Source of the DNA: an uncultured Alphaproteobacteria bacterium
Lineage (GTDB): Bacteria; Pseudomonadota; Alphaproteobacteria; Geminicoccales; Geminicoccaceae
Reading direction: 5' to 3'
Length of the DNA stretch: 64,000 nt
NCBI GenBank assembly: GCA_963798075.1
Contig: CAWCRU010000006.1
Span: 219,167-283,166, forward strand
Shown here: positions 22,369 through 31,695 of the stretch, in pieces
How the letters are laid out: each line of letters opens with the position of its first letter
Numbering within the stretch: position 1 is the stretch's first letter
Program-made: the position numbers and the translations under genes
Notes under the pieces: generated by a model
What the model was told of the DNA's origin: nothing
Databases searched by the model: none
Seen by the model: only the letters and a program-made list of their open reading frames with translations

Positions 22369-22623
22369 TCATTCGTCTCTGCCGTAGCGCACCACGCCGC
22401 CGACCTCGGCGCGCGTGAGGCCGATGTCGTTGAGCATCTCATCGCTCATGGCCATCAGCTCGCGCGTGTCGCGCCGGATGCGGGCTTCCTGCGCGACGAA
22501 TTGGCTGGCCCGCGCCGCGATGGCGGCGAACCAGGCCCACAAAGACCTCGGCCGGACCGCCCTGTAGGCATGGGCCGTCCCGGTCTCGAAATCAGCTTGG
22601 TAGATGATCGGCACGCTTGCCAT
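22369..22623 (-). CDS. DUF1127 domain small protein
   Basis: C-terminal RRDTRELMAMSDEMLNDIGLTRAEV is the DUF1127 signature. GGAGAAGG SD lies upstream of the ATG. Confidence 0.8.
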   Translation of the reverse strand: MASVPIIYQADFETGTAHAYRAVRPRSLWAWFAAIAARASQFVAQEARIRRDTRELMAMSDEMLNDIGLTRAEVGGVVRYGRDE

Positions 22624-22820
22624 AGTCCTTCTCCATTGGCGTCCTGGCGACCGCCCGGTCCGGGCCGTCGCCGCGCTCGTCCTCTTGGCAATCTGGTGCC
22701 GCCTTTTTTCAGCTTCGTGTCAGGGCAGAGAGAAAATGATTGCAGCCGTAACGGAAAGCATTGGCCTGGCGCTGCCACCGCGACCGGCGCGAGGCATCCC
22801 GGCCCGGCCGCAGAACCGGC

Positions 22821-24131
22821 CTAGCTCTCGTGCAGCCCGCGCCGCAGCGTGTCGGTGATCGGGCGCAGCAGGTACTGCAGGAGCGTGCGCTCGCCGGTCA
22901 CGATCATGACGTCGGCCGGCATGCCGGCGGTCAGCGTGATGCCGGCGGGCAGGCTCGCGCGGTCGACCGCGACCTCGGCCAGATAATAGGCTTGATGGCT
23001 GGTGGGGTCCTCGAGCCGGTCGGCGGAGACCTCGCGCACGCTGCCCATGATGCGCGGCAGGTTTCGGCTCTGATAGGCCAAGAGGTGCACCTGGGCCGCG
23101 AGGCCGGGGTGGACCTCGTCGATGTCGACCGGTGCGACGCGCGCTTCGAGCAGCAGCTCGGCCGCGGCCGGCACGAGGTCCATCAGCGCCTCGCCGGCGC
23201 CGATCACGCCGCCCGGGGTCTTGATCCTGACGTTGACGACGGTGCCGTCGACCGGCGCCACGACGACCGTGCGGGCGAGCTCGTCGGCGGCGGCGCGCAG
23301 CTTTTCCTCGAGGCCGGCGAGGCTCCTGCGCGCCTCGGCGAGGTCGCCCGCGACCTCCTCGGCCTGCGTGCTGGCGACGCTCTGGCTGCGCTGGCGCAAC
23401 TCGGCGATCTCCTGGCCGGCGCGCGCGATCGCGGCGCTTTCGCTGCCGATCGTGCCATCGATCTCGGCCTGCGAGCGCTCGAGGGCGAGCAGCCGCGACT
23501 TGAGCGCCAGCCCCTTGCCCAGCATCTGGCGCACGATCGCGATCTCCTCCTCGATCAGGCCAAGCTCGCGGCCGCCGCTCGCGATCTGGACCTTAAGGCC
23601 GGCGATCTCGGCCTGCGCCTCCGTGATCCGCTCCGCCAGCACCGCCTGCTGGTCGCGAAGGGCCGCACGACGCGTGTGCAGACGATCGCTCTCGCCCGTC
23701 AGCAGTCGCGCCAGCGCCGGGTCGCCGCCGGCGGCTGCGCGCAGCTCCGCCGGAAACTGCGGCGCATCGCTCCCCTCCTGCTCGGCCAGGAGCCGCGCCT
23801 CGCTGGCCTTGAGGGCGCGCCACTCGGCGAGCAGGGCGTCGTGCTCGGCGCGCGCCCGGGTGTCGTCAAGCTGGACCAGGGGCTCGCCCGCGGCCACCCG
23901 GCTGCCGTCCTCGACCAGAATGCGGCGGACGATGCCGGCCTCGAGGTGCTGCACGGTCTTGCGGCTGCCCGCGGGCGTGACCTGCGCCGCTGCCACGGCC
24001 GCGCCCTCGAGCGGTGCGGTCGCGGCCCAGCCGCCGAAGCCCGCGAAGAAGGCGAGCGCCACCGCGGTGCCGGCGAGCAGCGGCGGACGCAGCGAGGTCC
24101 GCGGACCGGTGTCAGCAAAAGCCTCGTGCAT
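22821..24131 (-). CDS. type I secretion membrane fusion protein (HlyD/PrtE family)
   Basis: N-terminal TM segment, QHLEAGIVRRILVEDGSRV barrel-sandwich region, a long coiled-coil, and the C-terminal GMPADVMI...RTLLQYLLRPI motif. Confidence 0.9.
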   Translation of the reverse strand: MHEAFADTGPRTSLRPPLLAGTAVALAFFAGFGGWAATAPLEGAAVAAAQVTPAGSRKTVQHLEAGIVRRILVEDGSRVAAGEPLVQLDDTRARAEHDALLAEWRALKASEARLLAEQEGSDAPQFPAELRAAAGGDPALARLLTGESDRLHTRRAALRDQQAVLAERITEAQAEIAGLKVQIASGGRELGLIEEEIAIVRQMLGKGLALKSRLLALERSQAEIDGTIGSESAAIARAGQEIAELRQRSQSVASTQAEEVAGDLAEARRSLAGLEEKLRAAADELARTVVVAPVDGTVVNVRIKTPGGVIGAGEALMDLVPAAAELLLEARVAPVDIDEVHPGLAAQVHLLAYQSRNLPRIMGSVREVSADRLEDPTSHQAYYLAEVAVDRASLPAGITLTAGMPADVMIVTGERTLLQYLLRPITDTLRRGLHES

Positions 24132-24158
24132 CGGGTTTCCAAAAAGGAGCTTTGGCGC

Positions 24159-25850
24159 TCAAGCCGCGTGCGCGGGCCGCAGGAGCGCCTGCAGGATGGC
24201 GTCGCGGGGGCCGAAGCGGGCGAGGCGGCCGTGGTCGAGCACGAGCATCCGGTCGGCGCAGCGCAACACCTGCGGCCGATGCGTCACCATGATCGTGGTG
24301 GTGCCGGCTGCCCTCAGGCGCTCGAGGGTCGCGGTGAGCGCCGCCTCGCCCTCGGCGTCGAGATGGGCGTTGGGCTCGTCGAGCACGACCAGGCGGGGCT
24401 CGCCATGGACGGCCCGCGCGAGGCCGATCCGCTGGCGCTGGCCGCCCGAGAGCGGCGCCCCGCCGTCGGCGAGCCGGGTCTCGTAGCCCTGCGGCAGCCG
24501 CAGGATCATCTCGTGGGCGCCGGCGAGCTGGGCAGCGCGCACGACCGCGCCGCCGTCGACCGCGGCCGCCATGCGGGCGATGTTCTCGGCGACCGTGCCG
24601 GCGAACAGCATCGCCTCCTGCGGCAGGTAGCCGAGGTGGCGCCCGAGGATCGCGTCTTGATACTCAGCGAGCCGGGCGGCATCGAGGCGGACCGCTCCCT
24701 GGTCGGGCGCGATCACGCCCGCGAGCAGGCGGCAGAGCGTGCTCTTGCCGGCGCCCGAGGGGCCGACGACGGCCAGGCACTCGCCGGGCTCGAGCGCGAA
24801 GCTCAGGCCCTGCAGCAGCACCTGGCCCCCGGCCCCGCAGACAGCCGCATTCTCGACCGCGAGGCGGCCTTGGGGTGCCGGCAGGTCGAGCCGGTCCGCC
24901 GAGCCACCGGCGGCCGCCAGCAGCTCGTGCAGCCGCGCCCAGCTCTCGCGGGCGTTGACCACCGTCCGCCAGGCGCCGACCAGCTGCTCGACCGGCGCCA
25001 GCGCCCTGCTGACCAGGATCGAAGCGGCGAGCATGGCGCCGGGGGTGAGCTCTTTCTCGAGCACGAGCCAGGCACCGAGGCCCATGACGCCCGCCTGGAC
25101 CGCGAGCCGGACGGCGCGGGTCAGGCCGATGACGACGCCGCCGCGCTCGACCGCGCCCTGCTGGGCGGCGAGCGAGGCGCCATGGAGCCGGCAGATCCGC
25201 GAGGCCATGGCGTCGACCATGGCCATGGCCCGCACCGCCTCGCTCTTGCGCGCGAGCGCATCGGCGAGCGCCACCGCGTCCAGCTGCGCCCGACCGGCCA
25301 GCCCGTAGGCGCGCCGGGTCAAGAGGTCGTTCAGGAGCGCGAACAGGCCGAGCGCCACGGCGCTCGCGACGGTGAACCAGCCGAGCGTCGGGTGCAGCAT
25401 CCAGACGACCACCAGGGCGATCGGCAGCCAGGGCGCATCGAACAGGGCCGTCGCGGCGGGGCCTGTGAGCGTGGCGCGCAGCTGCCCCAGCTCGCGCAGA
25501 CCCGCGCTGGCCATGCCGTCGTGGCGGGCGGCCGCCTCCACCAGGGGACGCGCCAGCGCCTGCTCGAAGCCCGCGGCGGCCCGGGCGAGCAGGCTCGTGC
25601 GCACCATCTCGAACAGGCCGAGCGCGATCAGCGCGACGCCCGTGATCAGGCTGAGCAGGATCAGCGTCTCGACGCTGCCGCTGCCGAGCACGCGGCCGAA
25701 CAGCTGCTGGCTGTAGAGCGGCACGGCCAGCATCAAAAGGTTCAGCGCGAAGCTGAACAAAAGCGCCGCCGTGAGCCCGCGCCGCAGCCCGCCGGTCGCC
25801 GTCTGCCAGGGGCCGGCGCCGGTGCGCGAGGCGCCGCCGGTCGTTGCCAT
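24159..25850 (-). CDS. type I secretion system ABC ATPase/permease (PrtD/AprD type, no C39 domain)
   Basis: Start at MATTGGAS (CAT 25848-25850). TMD (LNLLMLAVPLYSQQLFGRVL) plus NBD (GPSGAGKST, LSGGQRQR, VVLDEPNAHLD). Confidence 0.9.
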   Translation of the reverse strand: MATTGGASRTGAGPWQTATGGLRRGLTAALLFSFALNLLMLAVPLYSQQLFGRVLGSGSVETLILLSLITGVALIALGLFEMVRTSLLARAAAGFEQALARPLVEAAARHDGMASAGLRELGQLRATLTGPAATALFDAPWLPIALVVVWMLHPTLGWFTVASAVALGLFALLNDLLTRRAYGLAGRAQLDAVALADALARKSEAVRAMAMVDAMASRICRLHGASLAAQQGAVERGGVVIGLTRAVRLAVQAGVMGLGAWLVLEKELTPGAMLAASILVSRALAPVEQLVGAWRTVVNARESWARLHELLAAAGGSADRLDLPAPQGRLAVENAAVCGAGGQVLLQGLSFALEPGECLAVVGPSGAGKSTLCRLLAGVIAPDQGAVRLDAARLAEYQDAILGRHLGYLPQEAMLFAGTVAENIARMAAAVDGGAVVRAAQLAGAHEMILRLPQGYETRLADGGAPLSGGQRQRIGLARAVHGEPRLVVLDEPNAHLDAEGEAALTATLERLRAAGTTTIMVTHRPQVLRCADRMLVLDHGRLARFGPRDAILQALLRPAHAA

Positions 25851-25917
25851 GCCACGAACTCCTTCCTCGGACGGCGTCGCCGGCAGCGGTCGCGCCCCGC
25901 GCGCTGCCTTCCGGCCA

Positions 25918-28560
25918 TCAGGCGTCGAACATGAAGTCGGCGCGGGTGAGGTTGACGTGGTGGTCGAGCTGGATCTGCATCTCGGCGCCATGGCTGCCGT
26001 GCGTGTTGACCTCGATCACGGTATGGTTGCCCTCGAAGAAGGCGCGCACCTGCCCGGGGGCGGTGAAGCCCCTGCTGCCGATGAAGCTCAGGCTCTGGAA
26101 GCCGGGCCTGCCGGCATCACCGTCGATCCCCAGCACGAGGCGGTCGCCCTGGGCGTGGTGGAAGTCGTGGATCACGTCCCGGGTCGCGGCCGTCTTGCCG
26201 CTCTCGGTCGTGCTGAAGAACGCGAAATGGTCGGCGCCGAGGCCGCCGGTCAGCTCGTCGCGACCGAGACCGCCGAACAAAAAGTCGTTGCCGCCGTTGC
26301 CGAACAGGCTGTTGGCGCCGGCATCGCCGCGCAGATGGTCGCCCTCGATCGAACCGTTGACGTTCTCGAAGCCGCTGATCCTGTCGCCCTCGGCGTGGCC
26401 ACCCGAAACCGCACCGGTCGCGAGGTCGACGGAGACCGCCGTACCGCCGTCGTAGTCGAGCGTGTCGATGCCGTCGCCGCCCTGGAGGTCGTCGGCCCCG
26501 ATGCCCCCCGCGATCGAGTCGTTGCCGCCCTGGCCCTTGATGACGTCGTTGCCGTCGTTGCCGACCAGACGGTTGGCGCCGGCGTCGCCCGTCAGCGTAT
26601 CGGCGTTGATCGAGCCCAGGACGTTCTCGAAGCCCGCGATCGTATCGCCGGTCGCGGCGCCGCCCGAGACCTGGCCGGTGGCGAGGTTCACCAAGACGCC
26701 CTGCGGCGATCCCTGGTAGTTGAGCAGGTCGATGCCGTCGCCGCCGTCCAGATGGTCGGCCCCGGCGCCGCCCTCGAGCGAGTCGTTGCCCGCGTCGCCG
26801 AAGATCGTGTCGTCGCCGCCCGAGCCGGCGAGCGTGTCGTTGCCGCCATTGCCATGCAGGACATTGGCGCCGTCGCTGCCGAAAATCGTATCCTGGAGGG
26901 CCGAGCCGTCGATGTTCTCGATGTTGACGTAGCGGTCGCCGAACGCCTCGCCGCCGACGCCCTCGTTGATGAAGAGCGCGACCACGACGCTGCTGGCCGA
27001 CGCTGAATAGTCGGCCGTGTCGATGCCGGCGCCGCCGTCGAGCTGGTCGTTGCCGGGGCCGCCTGCGAGCAGGTCGTCGCCGTTGCCGCCGATCAGCACA
27101 TCGTCGCCGCCATGGCCGATGAGCGTATCGGCGCCATCGTTGCCGCGCAGAACGTTGGCGCCATCGTCGCCGACGATGAGGTCGTTGAACGCCGAGCCGC
27201 TGACGTTCTCGATGCTGACGTAGCTGTCGCCCGAGGCGTCGCCGCCGAGACCGCGGTGGTTGAGCAGGTCGACGCTCACGCCCTGGGCCGCGCCGTCGTA
27301 GCCGGCGGTATCGGTCCCGGCGCCGCCATGCAGCGCGTCGGCGCCCTGGCCGCCGGTGAGCTCGTCGTTGCCGAGACCACCGACCAACAAGTCGTCGCCG
27401 GCACCGCCCGAGAGGCCGTTGGCGCCGCCGTCGCCCCGCAGGACGTCGCCCAGCGCCGAGCCGATGACGTTCTCGAAACCAGAGATCCTGTCGCCTTCGG
27501 CATCGCCGCCGGAGACCGCGCCGGTGGCGAGGTTCACCGCGACCGCCGCCTGGGACTCGCTATAGTCGAGCGTGTCGATGCCATCGCCGCCCTGCAGGTT
27601 GTCGGCCCCGGGGCCACCCGCGATGACGTCATCGCCTCCGAAGCCGGAGACGAGATCGTCGCCGTCGCCGCCGAACAGACGGTTGGCGCCGGCGTCGCCG
27701 CCGATCGTATCGCCTTGGACCGAGCCGATGACGTTCTCGAAGCCCGTGATCGTGTCGCCTTCGGCATCGCCGCCGGCGACGTGGTTGCCGTTGAGCAGGA
27801 CGACTACGGGCAGCGGCGACGAGGCATAGGACAGCGTGTCGATGTCCCTGCCGCCGTCGAGATGGTCGGTGCCGGGGCCGCCGACGAGCAGGTCGTCGCC
27901 GTCGTCGCCAAAGACGCTGTTCTCGCCGCCGCCGCCGAACAGCACGTCGTCGCCGAGACTGCCGTGGAGGGTATTGGCGCCGTCGTCGCCACGGATCTCG
28001 TCGGCGAAGGACGACCCCTCGACGTTCTCGACCCGGCTGTAGCTGTCGCCAAAGGCGTCGCCCAGGAAGCCGGTGTTGCGGCCGAGATCGACGCCGACGC
28101 CCGTGGCCGAGAATTGGAAGGTGATCGTGTCGATGCCGTCGCCGCCATCGATCTGGTCGGCGCCAACCCCGCCTTGGAGAAAGTCGTCGCCGGTGCCGCC
28201 GACGAGCACATCGTTGCCGCCCCCGCCATTGAGCGCGTCGTCGCCGCCGTGGCCGCGCAGGACGTTGGCGCCGTCGTCGCCGATGAGCAGGTCGTTGAAG
28301 GCCGAGCCGCTGAGGTTCTCGATGTCGATCAGGTCGTCGCCGAAGGCTTCGCCGCCGCTCCCCTTGTGGTCCATCAGGGACGCTATCACGCCCCCGGCCG
28401 CGTTGTCGTAGAGGGCGGTGTCGTTGCCGGCGCCGCCGCTCAGCACGTCGGCGCCCCTGCCGCCGGTGAGCTGGTCGTCGCCGCCCAGGCCTTGCAAGAG
28501 GTCGTCGCCGTCGCTGCCGACCAGGATGTCGGCGCCGTCGGTGCCGGTCTTCTGGACCAT
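25918..28560 (-). CDS. RTX-type calcium-binding secreted protein (880 aa)
   Basis: Dozens of GGxGxDxL nonapeptides arranged in about 8 larger modules, each with an ENVxGS...GDxGAN core. The C-terminus (DVIHDFHHAQGDRLVL...FIGSRGFTAPGQVR...LTRADFMFDA) resembles serralysin-type C-terminal T1SS substrate domains. Confidence 0.9.
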   Translation of the reverse strand: MVQKTGTDGADILVGSDGDDLLQGLGGDDQLTGGRGADVLSGGAGNDTALYDNAAGGVIASLMDHKGSGGEAFGDDLIDIENLSGSAFNDLLIGDDGANVLRGHGGDDALNGGGGNDVLVGGTGDDFLQGGVGADQIDGGDGIDTITFQFSATGVGVDLGRNTGFLGDAFGDSYSRVENVEGSSFADEIRGDDGANTLHGSLGDDVLFGGGGENSVFGDDGDDLLVGGPGTDHLDGGRDIDTLSYASSPLPVVVLLNGNHVAGGDAEGDTITGFENVIGSVQGDTIGGDAGANRLFGGDGDDLVSGFGGDDVIAGGPGADNLQGGDGIDTLDYSESQAAVAVNLATGAVSGGDAEGDRISGFENVIGSALGDVLRGDGGANGLSGGAGDDLLVGGLGNDELTGGQGADALHGGAGTDTAGYDGAAQGVSVDLLNHRGLGGDASGDSYVSIENVSGSAFNDLIVGDDGANVLRGNDGADTLIGHGGDDVLIGGNGDDLLAGGPGNDQLDGGAGIDTADYSASASSVVVALFINEGVGGEAFGDRYVNIENIDGSALQDTIFGSDGANVLHGNGGNDTLAGSGGDDTIFGDAGNDSLEGGAGADHLDGGDGIDLLNYQGSPQGVLVNLATGQVSGGAATGDTIAGFENVLGSINADTLTGDAGANRLVGNDGNDVIKGQGGNDSIAGGIGADDLQGGDGIDTLDYDGGTAVSVDLATGAVSGGHAEGDRISGFENVNGSIEGDHLRGDAGANSLFGNGGNDFLFGGLGRDELTGGLGADHFAFFSTTESGKTAATRDVIHDFHHAQGDRLVLGIDGDAGRPGFQSLSFIGSRGFTAPGQVRAFFEGNHTVIEVNTHGSHGAEMQIQLDHHVNLTRADFMFDA

Positions 28561-28654
28561 GAGATCGCTCCGTCAGAGGGCGGCCGGAGCCTTGACCCGC
28601 GCCGCCGATGTTCAGTCCGCGACGAGGCCTGCGTCCTCGCCGCCCCCGGATGCG

Positions 28655-28894
28655 TCAGTCTCTGCCGTTGCGGAGCGCGTCGCCGATCCCGCCGCGCGTG
28701 AGGCCGATGTCCTTGAGCATCTGATCGCTCATGGCCATCAGCGCGCGCCTGTCGCGGCGGGCGCGGGCCTCCTCCGCAATCACGCGGGCGACCCGCGCTG
28801 CGCCGCCGGCGGCCCAGGCCCACAGCGACCACGGCCGGACGGCGGCGGCCGCGGTCTCGAAGTCGGCTTGGCGGCTGAGGGGTGCGCTGGCCAT
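28655..28894 (-). CDS. DUF1127 domain small protein (paralog of 22369-22623)
   Basis: RRDRRALMAMSDQMLKDIGLTRGGI signature. Start set at MASAPL (28894) because GATGGAGAATATTATG aligns with the SD/start of the paralog. The track ORF starts 12 nt earlier. Confidence 0.8.
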   Translation of the reverse strand: MASAPLSRQADFETAAAAVRPWSLWAWAAGGAARVARVIAEEARARRDRRALMAMSDQMLKDIGLTRGGIGDALRNGRD

Positions 28895-29162
28895 AATATT
28901 CTCCATCGATGTGGCCGGCTGTCGCCCGCCCCGGGCCGTGCCGCGCGTCTGACCGTCGGCAGCCTGCCGTCGCCTCTTTTCAGCTTCATGTCAGTGCCGC
29001 GAAAAATGATTTCATTTGTAATCGAAGCCCGGACCTCAGCTCGCCGGCAAATTTTGATGCAGGCCTTGATGAGGCGCGCGGGCCATGGACGCACGATGGG
29101 GGGACGGGGTCGCGGGGCGATTTCAGAAGGAGGGGTTCGGTTACATCTAAAATCTTGGACGC

Positions 29163-31695
29163 TTACGGCACGCCGTCGCCCGGCGTCCTGCTCTGGCGCG
29201 AGAGATGGCGCGCGAGGCAGAACGACATCGGCGCCGAGCGCAGCGGCTTGTTGAGCACGTCGCGAACGCCCGCGGCCTGCAGGCGCTGCGAGCCGAGGTG
29301 GCCGCTATAGCCGGTCAGGATGATCGGCAGGTCCGGGCGGATCCGGTGCAACGCGATCGCGAGCTCGCAGCCGCTCATCTCAGGCATGATTTCGTCGGTC
29401 AACACCAGATCGAAGCGATCGGGATCAGCGCGAAATGCCGCCAATGCCGCGCGGCTGTTGTCGAAGCCGACCGGCTCGTAGCCGATCGCGGCCAGCATCT
29501 CCTCGCCGAGCAGGACGAGCGGCCGTTCGTCGTCGACGAACAGGATCGTCTGGCCGCGCCCGAGCGGTGCCGGCGCCTCGCCGCGGTCATCCTCGGCCGG
29601 CGGCGCTTCGGCCTGCGGGAAGTAGGCCGCGAAGCTGCTGCCGGCCCCCGGCCGGCTGCGGACATCGATGGCGCCGCCGTGATCGGTGACGATGCCGTGA
29701 ACCATCGCGAGCCCGAGGCCGGTGCCGGTGCCGACCCGCTTGGTCGTGAAGAAAGGCTCGAAGATCCGCTCGAGGGTCGCCGCGTCCATGCCGTGACCGC
29801 TGTCGGACACGGTCAGACGGACATAGCGGCCGGCGGCGAGAGCGCCGTGGGAGAGCGCCCGCTCCGCATCGAGCGCCACGAGGTCGAGGCCGACGTCGAC
29901 GACGCCCTGCCCCGCCATGGCCTGGGCGGCATTGCTGCAGAGGTTCATCGCCACCTGCTGCAGCCGGCTGGGCTCGCCCAGGACGATCGCGTCCTGGTCC
30001 GGCAGGCGGAGCTGCAGGGTGACCGACGGCGGCAAGGATGCTGCCAACAGGCTGGCGGTCTCCTCGAGCAGGGGGCGCATCCGGACCGGACGCGGCCGCT
30101 GCTCGGTACGGCGGCTGAAGGCCAGGATCCGATCGACGATGTCGCGCGCCCGCTCGCCCGCCTTGCTCACCTCCTGCACGTGCCGCCATTCCGGGCTGTC
30201 GCGACGCAGCCGGCCGAGCGCCATCTCGGCATAGCCGAGCATGGCGCCCAGGATGTTGTTGAAATCATGCGCGATCCCGCCCGCCAGCGTGCCGAGCGCC
30301 TCGATGCGCCGGGAATGCCGCAGCCGCGCTTCGAGGATCTGCTTCTCGCGCTCGGCCTGCTCGCGCCCGAGCGCGCTGGCAAAGATCTCGCCGACCGTGC
30401 GCAAGAGCGCGATGTCGGCATCCGCCCAATGCTTCTCGGCCGTGACCGCATCCAGGCCCAAAAGGCCCACGCGATCGCCCGCGTGCCACAACGGAACACA
30501 GAGCCAGGAGCGGATGCCGCGCTCCTCGAGCTTCGATTTCTCATCGCTCTCCGGCAGCGCCTGAACGGCCGCAACGTCGATGCAGCCATGCCGCTCGTAG
30601 CCTGTGGGACGCCAGCTCGAACTCGATCGCGAGGGCGCCCTGCGGCCAGTCGCCGGGGACCTCGATGCCGTCGCGAAACCAGGTCTGCGGCCCGGCCGCG
30701 ACGGCGTCATCGGTGCCCTGGAGGATGACGTAGACGCGATCCACGCCCACATGGCGGCCGAGCTGCGCGATCCCTTGCCGGATGCCCTGGCCCGTCCGCT
30801 CGAGCGGGGTCGCGATCAGCTGCGCCGAGATGCCGGCGATCAGATGCTCGAAATTCGAGCGCGCCCTCAAAGTCCGCGCATTGGCGCGCAGCCGCACGTA
30901 GAGGTAGCTCAGATAGATCAGCAGCAGCACTGATGCGAGGTAGAGGAGCAGGCGAAAGATCCAGGCCAGCCGCTCGGCGTGGCGATGCTCCTCGATGAAG
31001 AGATCCTGGAGCGCGCGCGCCTGCTCCGATATGGGCGTCTGGAGCAGGCGCGCAAGAATTCCGTCCACCGCCGGCAGCGTCCGCAGGATCAGGCCGCCAT
31101 GGGCGCGCAAGGCGGCGATGTCGTCCTGGAGGGCAGCGGGGACGGCAAGCGCGGCGAGCTGGTCCAGCGATGCGGCGACCTCGGCCCTCTCGGCCGCATC
31201 GCTGGAGCTGCCGACGAAGCGGAACATGCGATTGGCAAGCTCGCCCACCACCATCGCGGCTGCCTCGCCGGCCGGGCGCGGGGGGGTCCCCAGCTCGTGG
31301 CTCAGATAGCCGAAGTAGGTCAGCGAGTTCTGCAGCAGCGCGTGCGCCGACTTGAAGTCTTCGAGCAGCGCCTCCTGCTCGCCGAGCTCCGCGGCAATGC
31401 TGTCCATGAGCGGGCCCGACGCGCCGCGCGCCGCGCCCGCGCCGCGGAGTTCGGCCGCCACACCGCGCAGCCGCGTGACGGTCGCGACCAGGGGATCGTA
31501 GTTGCGCAGCAGTCCCTGGCTCGCGCGCAGCACATCGCGCTGCAGCGCGGCCTGGCTGAGCGTCAGCGTATCGATCGCCCGCAGGCGCCGCTCGTACTGG
31601 GCGGCATCCGGCGTCGAGCCGCGCAAAAGCAGATAGCTCAGCACCAGCAGCAGGCCGAGGACGACCAGCGCCATTCTGCCGGTCACGTCGCTCAC
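29163..31695 (-). pseudogene. hybrid sensor histidine kinase (2 TM + periplasmic sensor, GAF, HisKA, HATPase, REC), one frame shift
   Basis: The N-terminal part (30541-31695, GTG start) ends within the GAF domain at ...GALAIEFE. The sequence continues in another frame at about 30600-30615 (WRPTGYERHG...). HDFNNIL H-box, GTGLGLAMV and the C-terminal REC (ILFVDDE...LVLTDEIMPEMSG) are present. Confidence 0.8.

Noticed and set aside
22761-25934. 1057-aa plus-strand ORF across the T1SS genes
   Set aside because: It lies antisense to the HlyD and ABC exporter genes, which carry Walker and signature motifs. Its composition is a GC artefact.
25851-25991. N-terminal extension of the T1SS ABC ORF overlapping the RTX gene stop
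   Set aside because: The extension (MAPRCRSSSTTTSTS...) has no similarity to exporter N-termini and overlaps the RTX C-terminus. MATTGGAS at 25850 gives a normal-length PrtD-type protein.
25771-28701. Several plus-strand ORFs (25771-27006, 27112-28701 and many 60-110 aa ORFs) over the RTX gene
   Set aside because: They are the antisense or alternate-frame shadows of the GGxGxD repeat DNA (V/A/D/G-rich periodic sequence). Only the minus-strand frame gives calcium-binding nonapeptides and a secretion domain.
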